From Anaerohalosphaeraceae bacterium (GTDB lineage Bacteria; Planctomycetota; Phycisphaerae; Sedimentisphaerales; Anaerohalosphaeraceae): a stretch of DNA of 64,000 nucleotides. The DNA is taken from assembly GCA_035378985.1 (NCBI GenBank), contig DAOSUR010000012.1:34848-98847 (forward strand), read 5' to 3'. Numbering within the stretch: the stretch's first letter is position 1; each line of letters starts with the position of its first letter. Position numbers and translations under genes: made by a program. The notes beneath the pieces are model-generated. The model had not been told where the DNA came from. It saw nothing but the letters and a program-made list of their open reading frames with translations, and searched no databases. This document shows, piece after piece, positions 37,036 to 45,583 of this stretch.

Positions 37036-39462
37036 ATGACTTTCGGCAAGTTTTCTCTGAGAGTGCTGTTTCTGTGCACGTGTCTTGTCAGTTCGATAAA
37101 GGCAGACATCACCTATACCTTTAACTTAAGCGGTGTCGATGCCGGCATCCGCAGCCAGATTGAAGCCGCCGTGACAGAGGCCGTCGCCCTTTACAACAAA
37201 CACGGTTCCTTCAGCAAACACCTGAATATCTACTACAATGCCGGGGTTCCTACCGCCCAAGCCAACTTCGACGGCGTGATTACCTTCGGCGGCTCCCGCA
37301 ATACCCGCGTCGCCCTCCATGAAATCTCCCATACCCTGGGCGTCGGCACCATTTCCGCCTGGAGTGCGAATTTATCCGGCGGGGTCTGGAACGGTGCTCA
37401 CGCTTCTCGGCAAATCCGCCTCTTTGACGGCAGCAGCGCTGTGCTCAACGGCGACAGCCAGCATTATTGGCCGTACGGTCTGAATTACGACAGCGAGGAC
37501 GGTTTTGCCAATCGAATCCGCCACATTCGAATGGACGCCGCTTTGATCGCGGATATGGGATTCCTTTCCTTTGTTCAGGAACCCGCCGGACAGGTTGCTG
37601 CGCTGGGGGAAACGGCCGTCTTCCGCGTTCAGGCCCCGCGTGCCGTCAGCTATGCCTGGTACAAGCAGGGAACCCCGACCCCGCTGACCAACGGCGGGCG
37701 GATTTCCGGAGCCAATACCGATACGCTCCAAATCACCGATGTGCAGGCATCCGATCAGGGGGATTACTATTGTGTCGCATCCGGCACCCTCACCTCCCGT
37801 CCGGCCCGCCTGCTGATTCAGCAATTTACAGGGCACTGGGCGTTTGAAAACAACTGCAGCGACAGCATCGGCACCAATCACGGCACCCCCAGCGGCAGTC
37901 CTGTTTACACAGCCGGACGCATCGGACAAGCCATTGTGCTGGACAGTGTGGATGATTTTGTGACCCTGCCGGCCGGCGTGGCGGACGCCCGCGATATGAC
38001 CGTCGCCGCGTGGGTCTATTGGAACGGCGGCAATCAATGGCAGCGGATTTTCGACTTCGGCACCAGCACGGCCCAATATCTCTTCCTGACGCCGCGCTCC
38101 GGCAGCAACACCCTCCGCTTTGCCGTCAAAAACGGCGGCAGCGAGCAGATTGTCGAGACGTCCCAGCTGCCGACCGCTCAGTGGACGCACCTGGCCGTCG
38201 TGCTTCGGGAAAATACCGCCACCCTCTATGTAAACGGCAGAGCCGTCGCCTCCTCCGCATCGATTACGCTGGACCCGATCGACTTTTCCCCCAACCTGAA
38301 CTACATCGGCAAAAGCCAGTTCAGCGCCGACCCGCTGTTCAGCGGCCGCATTGACGATTTCCGCCTCTACAGTTATGCGCTTTCCGGTGCGGAAGTCTGG
38401 ACTCTCTGGGGCGGCAGCACAAACAATCCGCCGATGTTCGCCGGCGACCCAATCATCCTGCCGGATGCCGCCGAAGGCATCGCCTATACCGGACAGACTC
38501 TGGCGGCCTTTGCGTCTGATGAGGACAATGACTCTCTGACGTTCAGCAAAATCGGCGGTCCCGCCTGGCTGACGGTTGCCTCCAACGGTGCCCTGTCCGG
38601 CACACCGTCGGCCTCCGATGCAGGTGATAATGCGTTCGTGGTTCGCATCACCGACCCCTCCGGCGCCAGTGACCAGACCACCATTCGCATCCGGGTGTAC
38701 AGCAATCATCTGTCCGCCCATTACCGCTTCGAAAACAATACGCAGGACAGCTTCGGGACCTTCCACGCCGCCGCCTCCGGCAGTCCAGCCTATACAAACG
38801 GCCGCCTCGGACAATGCCTCGTGCTGGACGGCGTCGATGACTTTCTGACGCTGCCGGCCGCTCTGGCCAATACGGAAGACATCACGATTGCCGCCTGGGT
38901 TTATTGGACCGGCGGGAATCAATGGCAGCGCATCTTCGACTTCGGCACCGGAACCGGTACGTATATGTTCCTGACGCCGCGCTCCGGCGGCAACACACTC
39001 CGCTTTGCCGCTACGACGGGGGGCAACTCACTCGAGCAGCGGATTGACGCCGCCCAGTTAGCGGCCAATCAATGGGTGCATCTGGCCGTCACGCTGAAAG
39101 GAAACACCGGAACACTTTATGTCAACGGTTCGCCGGCGGCGACAAATGTCGGCTTTACGCTGAATCCCTCCGACCTGAAAGCCGCCCTTCTGTACGTCGG
39201 CAAAAGCCAGTTCAGCGCCGACCCGCTCTTCCAGGGCCGCATCGATGACCTGCGAATCTACCCCTACGCCTTGTCGGCCGCCGCCGTGGCGAATCTGGCC
39301 AAACAAACGATGGGATTGCCGGACCTGAATGCTCTGGCCGCCTGGTGGCTGTCAACCCCGCCGTTCTGCAACGCCCAGCCCGACTGCCTGAGCCGCGATT
39401 TGAGCGGAGACGGCGGCATTACGCTCAGCGATTTGGCGGAACTGGCCCAGCGATGGCTTTAA
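37036..39462 (+). CDS. large secreted multidomain protein: HEXXH zincin-like N-domain, Ig (I-set-like) domain, two LamG/concanavalin-like domains separated by a cadherin-like Ig domain, and a C-terminal dockerin-like module
   Basis: ATG at 37036 after an AAGAGG SD, followed by a signal peptide. HEISH at 37318-37332. Ig motif ASDQGDYYCVAS. Duplicated LamG blocks (WVYWNGGNQWQRIFDFGT... and WVYWTGGNQWQRIFDFGT...). C-terminus DLSGDGGITLSDLAELAQRWL. Confidence 0.8.
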   Translation: MTFGKFSLRVLFLCTCLVSSIKADITYTFNLSGVDAGIRSQIEAAVTEAVALYNKHGSFSKHLNIYYNAGVPTAQANFDGVITFGGSRNTRVALHEISHTLGVGTISAWSANLSGGVWNGAHASRQIRLFDGSSAVLNGDSQHYWPYGLNYDSEDGFANRIRHIRMDAALIADMGFLSFVQEPAGQVAALGETAVFRVQAPRAVSYAWYKQGTPTPLTNGGRISGANTDTLQITDVQASDQGDYYCVASGTLTSRPARLLIQQFTGHWAFENNCSDSIGTNHGTPSGSPVYTAGRIGQAIVLDSVDDFVTLPAGVADARDMTVAAWVYWNGGNQWQRIFDFGTSTAQYLFLTPRSGSNTLRFAVKNGGSEQIVETSQLPTAQWTHLAVVLRENTATLYVNGRAVASSASITLDPIDFSPNLNYIGKSQFSADPLFSGRIDDFRLYSYALSGAEVWTLWGGSTNNPPMFAGDPIILPDAAEGIAYTGQTLAAFASDEDNDSLTFSKIGGPAWLTVASNGALSGTPSASDAGDNAFVVRITDPSGASDQTTIRIRVYSNHLSAHYRFENNTQDSFGTFHAAASGSPAYTNGRLGQCLVLDGVDDFLTLPAALANTEDITIAAWVYWTGGNQWQRIFDFGTGTGTYMFLTPRSGGNTLRFAATTGGNSLEQRIDAAQLAANQWVHLAVTLKGNTGTLYVNGSPAATNVGFTLNPSDLKAALLYVGKSQFSADPLFQGRIDDLRIYPYALSAAAVANLAKQTMGLPDLNALAAWWLSTPPFCNAQPDCLSRDLSGDGGITLSDLAELAQRWL
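37831..38400 (+). repeat. LamG-domain coding repeat, copy 1 (intragenic duplication)
   Basis: Long, nearly identical nucleotide runs are shared with copy 2. Examples: GGCAATCAATGGCAGCGGATTTTCGACTTCGGCACC and GGCAAAAGCCAGTTCAGCGCCGACCCGCT. Confidence 0.8.
38716..39290 (+). repeat. LamG-domain coding repeat, copy 2 (intragenic duplication)
   Basis: Counterpart of 37831-38400, with the same order of conserved blocks at protein and DNA level. Confidence 0.8.
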
Positions 39463-39474
39463 TCAGCGAACGTC

Positions 39475-42400
39475 CTAACGAAGCATTTTTCGAAGAATCG
39501 CCAGCAGCGTCGAGGGCTCCAGATACGTTTTGTCCAGACGCAGATAGACTGTCTTCGGGTCGGTAATGGTCACCCGTCCGGGAGCCCGAGCGAACAAATC
39601 CGCCGGCTTGGCGTCATCGGAAAACCGAAAGATCAGGTCGGACTCCTGCAGCAGAATGCTTTTGAGTCCGTGCCGCTGCGCCAGGATTCGAATCTCCGCT
39701 GACTCGAGCACCTGCTGAACCTTGGTTGGAATCGGCCCGAAGATATCCCGCAGTTCCTCCCGAAGCCGCTCGATATCCTCCGGCGTACAGGCCTGGCCGA
39801 GCCGGCGATAGACCTCCATCCGCTGCCGGTCAGAAGCGATATATGACTTGGGAATCACCGGTGCAAATCCCAAATCCATCACCGTTTGGGGCGGCTGAAC
39901 GATCGGTTCATTCTTGAGCCGCCGGACCGCATCCGCCAGCAGCCGACAATACATCTCATAGCCGACCGTATGAATATGACCGGACTGCTCCGGCCCAAGC
40001 AGATTGCCCGCCCCTCGTATCTCCAAATCCCGCAGGGCAATCCGAAAGCCGGCCCCCAGCTGCGAAAAATCCTCAATGGCTTTCAGCCGCCGAGCCGCCA
40101 GCGGGCTGATTGGACGGTTTTCCGGCAAAAGCAGATAGGCATACGCCCGGTGCTTGTAGCGTCCGACCCGTCCCCGCAATTGATGCAGCTGCGCCAGACC
40201 GAAACGGTCCGCATCCCGGACAATCAGCGTGTTGGCATTTGGAATGTCCAGCCCGGCTTCGATAATCGTTGAGCACACCAGCACCTGCGTCCGGCCGGTT
40301 ACAAACCGAATCATCGCATCTTCCAGATGATGCTTGGACATCTGCCCGTGCACAATATCGACTGTTATTTTCGGGTCGTTCAGAATCGCCCGCACCCGCG
40401 CCGCCTCCTGTTCAATCGTCTGCACCCGGTTGTACAGGTAAAAAACCTGCCCGTCCCGTGCAATTTCAAACAGAATCGCCTTGCGGATGGTTTCCGGGTC
40501 AAAGCGGCACACATGTGTGACGACACTGCGCCGATCCAGCGGGGGCGTCGCCAGCGAGCTGATATCCCGCAGACCCAGCAGGGACATATGCAGCGTGCGC
40601 GGAATCGGCGTGGCCGTCAGCGTCAGAATGTCCACATTCACCCGAAACCGTTTAAGCCGCTCTTTGTGCTCGACGCCGAACCGCTGCTCTTCATCAATAA
40701 TCAGCAGCCCGAGGTCGTGAAACCCTACATCATCAGACAGAAGCCGATGCGTCCCAATCAGAATATCCAGCCGCCCCTGCCGTGCATCCGACAGAATCTG
40801 CCGAACCTGGGCCGGCGGGGTAAACCGATTCAGCACCGCAATGCTCACAGGAAAATCCGCAAACCGCTCGGCAAACGTCCGGCCGTGCTGCACCGACAGC
40901 ACCGTCGTCGGCACCAGCACCGCCACCTGCTTGCCCGCACAAACCGCCTTAAACGCCGCCCGCATCGCCAGTTCCGTCTTGCCGTAGCCGACATCCCCGC
41001 ACAGCAGGCGGTCCATCGGAACCGGCGCTTCCATATCCCGCTTGATTTCCTCCGCTGCCTTCAGCTGGTCCGGCGTTTCCTCATAAGCAAACGCCTCCTC
41101 AAACTCCTTCTGCCAGTGCGTATCGGGGCCGAAGGCAAATCCGCCCATCTGCTGCCGCTGCGCCTGAATCTGGAGCAGCTCCTCCGCCAGCTCCTGGACA
41201 TGCTGGGCCACGCGCTGTTTCTGCTGCTCCCATTTCTTGGTGCCGATTTTGGACAGGGGCGGACGCGTGGGCATCGTCCCGACAAACTTGTGCACCAGAT
41301 GAATCTGCGAAACCGGCACGTGAATCTTGACCTTGTCGGCGTACTCGAGCGTCAGATACTCCTGCATCTGCCCGTGCATCGGAATCGACTCCATCCCCAC
41401 ATACTTGCCGATGCCGTAGGACACATGCACGACAATATCGCCTTTGGTCAAATCCAGCAGACTGTCCACAGGCGAAGCCGTTCGTATCGCCCGGACACGC
41501 CGGCGCATCAGAGAGCGGCCGAACAGCTCATGATGCGATACGACAATCACATTCAGGGACCGGATGCAGAAGCCCTGATGAACCGTCCCCAGCTCCAGAT
41601 GAAAAGACGAAGGAATGGTCCGGCCTTCTTCCTGAAGAATCTCTTTGGTCCGCTGAATCTCCGCGTGATTCTCACAATACAGAAACACGTCATAGTCCCG
41701 CGCTTTCTCCAGCAGCGCCGCTAAGGTCTGTTTGTGGTCTTTCCAGGTGCCCGCCTGCCGATGCTCCAGCTCCTGAATGCTGCCGACATTCAGCCGCAGG
41801 GCCTCCGCCCCGCCCCCGAAGCGGCTGATTTCCACCGCCGAAAATCTTTGGACTGCTCGATAAATCGATTCCCAGGGATAGAATCCCCGCGGGTCATCCA
41901 GGCGAGATAGAAAGACCTCCGCCACCTCCGCCAGTTCCAGCGGTTCTTCGAGGAAAACAATCGTCTCCTCCGGAAGGAGATTGAAGAAGAGCTCGGATTG
42001 TTCAAAAACCTGCTGAGCGGGCGGATTGACAATCTGAACCCATTTCAGGGAGCGTCCGGAACGCTGCGTATCCAAATCAATCGTGCGGATGCTCTCGATT
42101 TTATCGCCGAAGAACTCGATTCGAATCGGCTCGGCGGCCGAGGCCTCCTGCGACTGCTCGCTGACGGCCGCGGCGGCGTAAATATCCAGAATCCCGCCGC
42201 GTCGGGCAAACTGGCCGGGAATATCCACCTGCTCGACCGGCTCAAATCCCCACTCGAGCAGCTTTGCAACCAGGTTCTCCATATCATACGCATTCCCCAC
42301 CTGAAGCGTCAGACCGCCCCCCAGCAGACTGTCTGCCGAGGGAACCGGCTGCATCAGCGCCTGAATGGAGGCGCTCATCAGAAACGGCCGAATCGAACCG

Positions 42401-42771
42401 CTGCGCTGCCGACGGGCCAGATTCAGAGCAATACGGACCCGCTGCGAGCCGATTTCATCCGCTGCATCCAAAGCCGCCTGCGGACTTTCCCAGACCGGCA
42501 GGGTCTCCGCCGCCCGGCCGCTGAACACCTCCAGGTCATCCCCCGCATCATCCGCATCGTCGATATGGGCGCTGACAAACAGGACGGGCCGCTGCAGTCT
42601 CTGATAGACATAGGCGGCCAGAAGGCGCGCAAAAGAACCCCACGTCCCCTCGACCGCAATCGGGGGGGCCGATGAGTTTCTGCCCCGCAGCCGCTCAAGC
42701 AGCTGCCGAACCGTCTTGTCTCTGCCTAAATCCATCGATTGATGAGTGCCGGAACAAGAGCCGCCTCTCAT
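39475..42771 (-). CDS. mfd: transcription-repair coupling factor
   Basis: About 1090 aa. CarD/TRCF domain (GDIVVHVSYGIGKY) and helicase motifs GDVGYGKTE and IIDEEQRFG. The likely true start is the ATG at 42735 (MDLGRDK...). Confidence 0.93.
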   Translation of the reverse strand: MRGGSCSGTHQSMDLGRDKTVRQLLERLRGRNSSAPPIAVEGTWGSFARLLAAYVYQRLQRPVLFVSAHIDDADDAGDDLEVFSGRAAETLPVWESPQAALDAADEIGSQRVRIALNLARRQRSGSIRPFLMSASIQALMQPVPSADSLLGGGLTLQVGNAYDMENLVAKLLEWGFEPVEQVDIPGQFARRGGILDIYAAAAVSEQSQEASAAEPIRIEFFGDKIESIRTIDLDTQRSGRSLKWVQIVNPPAQQVFEQSELFFNLLPEETIVFLEEPLELAEVAEVFLSRLDDPRGFYPWESIYRAVQRFSAVEISRFGGGAEALRLNVGSIQELEHRQAGTWKDHKQTLAALLEKARDYDVFLYCENHAEIQRTKEILQEEGRTIPSSFHLELGTVHQGFCIRSLNVIVVSHHELFGRSLMRRRVRAIRTASPVDSLLDLTKGDIVVHVSYGIGKYVGMESIPMHGQMQEYLTLEYADKVKIHVPVSQIHLVHKFVGTMPTRPPLSKIGTKKWEQQKQRVAQHVQELAEELLQIQAQRQQMGGFAFGPDTHWQKEFEEAFAYEETPDQLKAAEEIKRDMEAPVPMDRLLCGDVGYGKTELAMRAAFKAVCAGKQVAVLVPTTVLSVQHGRTFAERFADFPVSIAVLNRFTPPAQVRQILSDARQGRLDILIGTHRLLSDDVGFHDLGLLIIDEEQRFGVEHKERLKRFRVNVDILTLTATPIPRTLHMSLLGLRDISSLATPPLDRRSVVTHVCRFDPETIRKAILFEIARDGQVFYLYNRVQTIEQEAARVRAILNDPKITVDIVHGQMSKHHLEDAMIRFVTGRTQVLVCSTIIEAGLDIPNANTLIVRDADRFGLAQLHQLRGRVGRYKHRAYAYLLLPENRPISPLAARRLKAIEDFSQLGAGFRIALRDLEIRGAGNLLGPEQSGHIHTVGYEMYCRLLADAVRRLKNEPIVQPPQTVMDLGFAPVIPKSYIASDRQRMEVYRRLGQACTPEDIERLREELRDIFGPIPTKVQQVLESAEIRILAQRHGLKSILLQESDLIFRFSDDAKPADLFARAPGRVTITDPKTVYLRLDKTYLEPSTLLAILRKMLR

Positions 42772-42852
42772 TCAGGCAGTCACCAACACCACAATCTATC
42801 CGAAAAGAATATACGCAGGAATCCGGCGATGTTCCATTGAAAGCGCTCATCT

Positions 42853-43524
42853 TTACAGCCGCCGAATCACTCCAACGACCACTCCTTCGACGCGGCAGTC
42901 TCTCGAATAAATCGGTTCAAAGGCATCGTTTTCCGCGTTCAGCCGCACGGCGGAGGGCTCGAGGAAAAAACGCTTCAGGACCGCCCGCTCGCCGTCAACC
43001 AGGGCCGCAACCACCTGACCGTTTTCCGCGACAGGCTGCCGGCGGCAAATCACATAATCTCCATCCTGAATGCCGGCATTAACCATGCTCGAGCCCTTCA
43101 CCCGCAGGGCAAACAAGTCCTCCGTTCTGCCGAACAATTCCTTCAGGCTCAGCCGGTCATTCTGTTCGTTCGGTTCAATTCCGTATCCGGCGCAGACCGC
43201 CCCTGCCAGAGGAATCGAAGACGGCTCATCGAGGCATTGCCCGGGCGCGGCTTCCGCCGTTTCAGGCCGCCGAGTTCGAGCAAGAAGCTGCCGGCCCCGT
43301 TCGGTCAAGCGTAAAGAGCGTGCCTTCCCGGCGGCGGTTCGAACGATGAGTTTGGCGGCGGCGAGGGCTGCCAGATGCTCGTGAACGGTTGGCCGGCTTG
43401 CGCGGAGTTTTTCGGACAACTCCGCAATCGTCGCCGAATAACCATGCCTGTCCTGAAACTCCGCCGCCGCTCGAAGCACTTCGATCTGCCGGGGAGTAAT
43501 CCCAGACATCTCCATTCTGCTCAT
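42853..43524 (-). CDS. lexA: LexA repressor (S24 peptidase)
   Basis: ATG at 43524 preceded by a GAGGAGA SD 9 nt upstream. wHTH N-domain (ITPRQIEVL...YSATIAELSEKL) and an S24 Ser/Lys dyad region (LRVKGSSMVNAGIQDGDYV ... AVLKRF). Confidence 0.9.
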   Translation of the reverse strand: MSRMEMSGITPRQIEVLRAAAEFQDRHGYSATIAELSEKLRASRPTVHEHLAALAAAKLIVRTAAGKARSLRLTERGRQLLARTRRPETAEAAPGQCLDEPSSIPLAGAVCAGYGIEPNEQNDRLSLKELFGRTEDLFALRVKGSSMVNAGIQDGDYVICRRQPVAENGQVVAALVDGERAVLKRFFLEPSAVRLNAENDAFEPIYSRDCRVEGVVVGVIRRL

Positions 43525-43807
43525 CGCAAATTGTCTCCTCAACTTTGCATCCGGACTCCTGCACGTCCGCCGCCAGCGGCGAAACGGACAGCTTTACCTC
43601 CTCGGCCAGCTCCTCCATCAATTTGCCCTCCAGCGGGGAGCCGAGCAGACGGTTCAGCACAGCCAGAACCTTCCCAAGCGGGTTCGTCACGATTTCTGAT
43701 TCGGGTGCCGTCGGGACGGAAGGAGCGGGCCACTCTACAACAAAATCGCCGCCCGGTCCGAATTTGCACACAGGAATCTGCGAATCGTCAAATCGGTTGA
43801 CTTCCAT
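43262..43807 (-). CDS. hypothetical protein, first cistron of the lexA operon; its frame continues 263 nt into lexA in a different frame
   Basis: ATG at 43807 with a GGAGAA SD 7 nt upstream. The first ~90 aa have ordinary acidic composition (MEVNRFDDSQIPVCKFGPGGDFVVEWP...). There is no in-frame stop until 43262, and the overlapping tail is R/S/G-rich. Confidence 0.5.
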   Translation of the reverse strand: MEVNRFDDSQIPVCKFGPGGDFVVEWPAPSVPTAPESEIVTNPLGKVLAVLNRLLGSPLEGKLMEELAEEVKLSVSPLAADVQESGCKVEETICDEQNGDVWDYSPADRSASSGGGVSGQAWLFGDDCGVVRKTPRKPANRSRASGSPRRRQTHRSNRRREGTLFTLDRTGPAASCSNSAA

Positions 43808-43873
43808 GTCCTGCTTCTCCTAACCAAATCTGTTCAGGTCTGCTTTATATCGGCAAAAGGCGGCTCCAAACCC

Positions 43874-43888
43874 GAACAAAAACCGAAC
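43874..43888 (-). promoter_or_regulatory. candidate LexA box, direct repeat GTTC-N7-GTTC (minus strand)
   Basis: The plus strand reads GAACAAAAACCGAAC, which on the minus strand is GTTCGGTTTTTGTTC. It lies 67-81 nt upstream of the operon's first ATG, next to a TATAAA -10-like hexamer. Confidence 0.35.
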
Positions 43889-43967
43889 AATCGAAAAAAA
43901 ACGTCTTAACTGCCTGTGGAAGTACCGGTTAGGGAAAAAGAAAATTTCTGCTGCAGATTCCGGAAAC

Positions 43968-44041
43968 AAAAAAACCGCCCGTACTTCGCAGAAGGAGGAG
44001 GAAGTCGGTGAACTTCCCAGGGCTACTTGAACGTACGGGCG
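43968..44041 (-). terminator. large structured intrinsic terminator (9-bp GC stem enclosing an inner hairpin, followed by U7)
   Basis: Stem CGCCCGTAC/GTACGGGCG (43976-43984 and 44033-44041). Inner hairpin GGAAGT/ACTTCC. On the minus strand it is followed by GTTTTTTTGTTT. Confidence 0.55.
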
Positions 44042-44112
44042 ACAGAAGGAGCTTTCGTAATTTCTGACCGCAAATGAACAAACACTGTAAAAGAACACAT
44101 ATTACTTATCTT

Positions 44113-44141
44113 ACTATAAAAACTTTGTCAAGCCCTTGCAA
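44113..44141 (-). promoter_or_regulatory. sigma70-like promoter TTGCAA-N17-TATAGT with a T-rich UP-like region upstream
   Basis: On the minus strand the -35 is at 44141..44136 and the -10 at 44118..44113. Upstream are long T-runs (tttttgttttttgtgattttttcacttttttt). It would drive a transcript of about 140 nt ending at the 43968-44041 terminator. Confidence 0.4.
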
Positions 44142-44312
44142 GAAAAAAAGTGAAAAAATCACAAAAAACAAAAACACTCCATAAATATACTGATAAAGGA
44201 AAGAGGAAAACAACGATTTCTATCCATTTTATGCTCGTTCTCGGGACAACGTAAAGCCCATATTTACAGATAGTTATAAAAATAGGCAATTTGCATGCAT
44301 TCCGCTTCTCTT

Positions 44313-45284
44313 CTACCGAACTCGTACCAACAAACTTTTGTCCACAAGACTTTCCCCCAGATGCTTGGTCAATTCCAAAATATATCGCTGACCATCCTGC
44401 CAATATCCGGCTGTCGGGCGAATTTGTCCGCAAATCTCCGAAAAATAAGCATTTAGATTGCCCATCAACAGTTCCCGAACCAGCTTGGCCGCCATCGAAG
44501 CCAGACTGACCGGCAGATATTTTTCATCCGCCCCGGCCGTAAAATGCAGCCGCATCGTCCCTTCCTCCGACCGAAGCTGATAACTGCTCAGCTCGTCGCT
44601 CTCCTTCAGAATGGTTAATTCCATCTGCGGAAACATTCGCTGAAGCTCCGAGCGGTACCGCAGACGTCCGCCCTGCCGGTCAATCAGAAACTGAACGACC
44701 TTGCCGGAGGAACGGCTTTTTTGAAACACTGTGTCAATCAGACAGCACAGCTGACCAAACAGAATGCGGGCCTTGTTTTTGACCAAACCGATTTGGCGGT
44801 TGTATTCAGCCACCTCCAGGCACCGCGCCTGCAGAAAACAGAACCGCATCCCCTGCTCCTCGAGAACCCGCCGGAACAGCCCGCCGGCAATTCGAATATC
44901 CGCCGGATCAACGGATAACTTCTCCGTCGGCCTCGTGTGCCAGGGATAATGACCTCGCTGGTGGGCAAAATCGGGACAGAGAACGTTCAGAACCTCTTCC
45001 GTCGTCTGGGGAACGGTTTCGAGTCCGCCTGCCAGCAGGGAGGCCAGCACGCTTCGCTGGAGGTCCTTGAGCCCCGCATGGCGGGAATAGACCTTTTTGC
45101 TGTCGTTGATGAGGAGCCGACCCCGGCGGCCTTTCTTCTGCCGGCAGACGGCTTGCTCGAGCACCTTCCACAAATCCGCCCGCAGCAGCGAATCGGGGAC
45201 TTCAAAGACCGCCGTCGCCGCCACCAGCGGCCCCAGCAGCGGCCCGTAGCCGGCTTCATCCATTCCCGCAAGAAAGGCCATCAT
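44313..45284 (-). CDS. divergent ribonuclease HII-family protein (323 aa)
   Basis: ATG at 45284. RNase H2 motifs appear in order: GMDEAGYGPLLGPLV, INDSKKV, EYNRQI, FLIDRQGG, ADEKYLPVSLASMAAKLVRE. It is longer than canonical RnhB. Confidence 0.65.
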   Translation of the reverse strand: MMAFLAGMDEAGYGPLLGPLVAATAVFEVPDSLLRADLWKVLEQAVCRQKKGRRGRLLINDSKKVYSRHAGLKDLQRSVLASLLAGGLETVPQTTEEVLNVLCPDFAHQRGHYPWHTRPTEKLSVDPADIRIAGGLFRRVLEEQGMRFCFLQARCLEVAEYNRQIGLVKNKARILFGQLCCLIDTVFQKSRSSGKVVQFLIDRQGGRLRYRSELQRMFPQMELTILKESDELSSYQLRSEEGTMRLHFTAGADEKYLPVSLASMAAKLVRELLMGNLNAYFSEICGQIRPTAGYWQDGQRYILELTKHLGESLVDKSLLVRVR

Positions 45285-45424
45285 CACTCCCCGTCTTTTT
45301 TTGAGGCAGTATAATCCCGCCGCAGGAAAAAGCAAGAAAGGACAGCTGTCCCTGCCCCGGCTCAGTCCCGCAGGCGGATTCAGCAAGTTTTTTAACCACG
45401 GATGGACACGGATTGGGGAAATAG

Positions 45425-45583
45425 CCCCGGGCGCGAGCCCGGGGAAGATGGGGATGGGATTATCATTCTCTTTTTCCCCGCCCTTGCGGGCGGGGCTATT
45501 CTATGCTGCCTGCTTTCGTCCTTCACTCGGAAGCTTCGGAGAATAGAGCGGAGGAATGACTGGACTCCCGCCTTCGCGGGAGT
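45425..45583. repeat. three REP-like GC-rich hairpins (8-bp stem plus tetraloop)
   Basis: CCCCGGGC-GCGA-GCCCGGGG (45425-45444), CCCCGCCC-TTGC-GGGCGGGG (45476-45495), and ACTCCCGC-CTTC-GCGGGAGT (45564-45583). The last gives the spurious peptide motif TPAFAGVTG that recurs in many bacterial intergenic repeats. Confidence 0.6.

Noticed and set aside
43820-44433. ORFs 43820..44098 (92 aa) and 44128..44433 (101 aa) in the AT-rich spacer between lexA and the RNase HII-like gene.
   Set aside because: The first reads straight through a strong hairpin/U7 terminator. The second overlaps the 3' end of the RNase HII-like gene and runs through poly-A/T tracts. Neither has an SD or any motifs.
45425-45583. 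Possible mini-CRISPR array, suggested by three regularly shaped palindromes.
   Set aside because: The three units differ in sequence, the spacing is irregular (31 and 68 nt between units), and no cas genes are nearby. They are better explained as REP-like hairpins.
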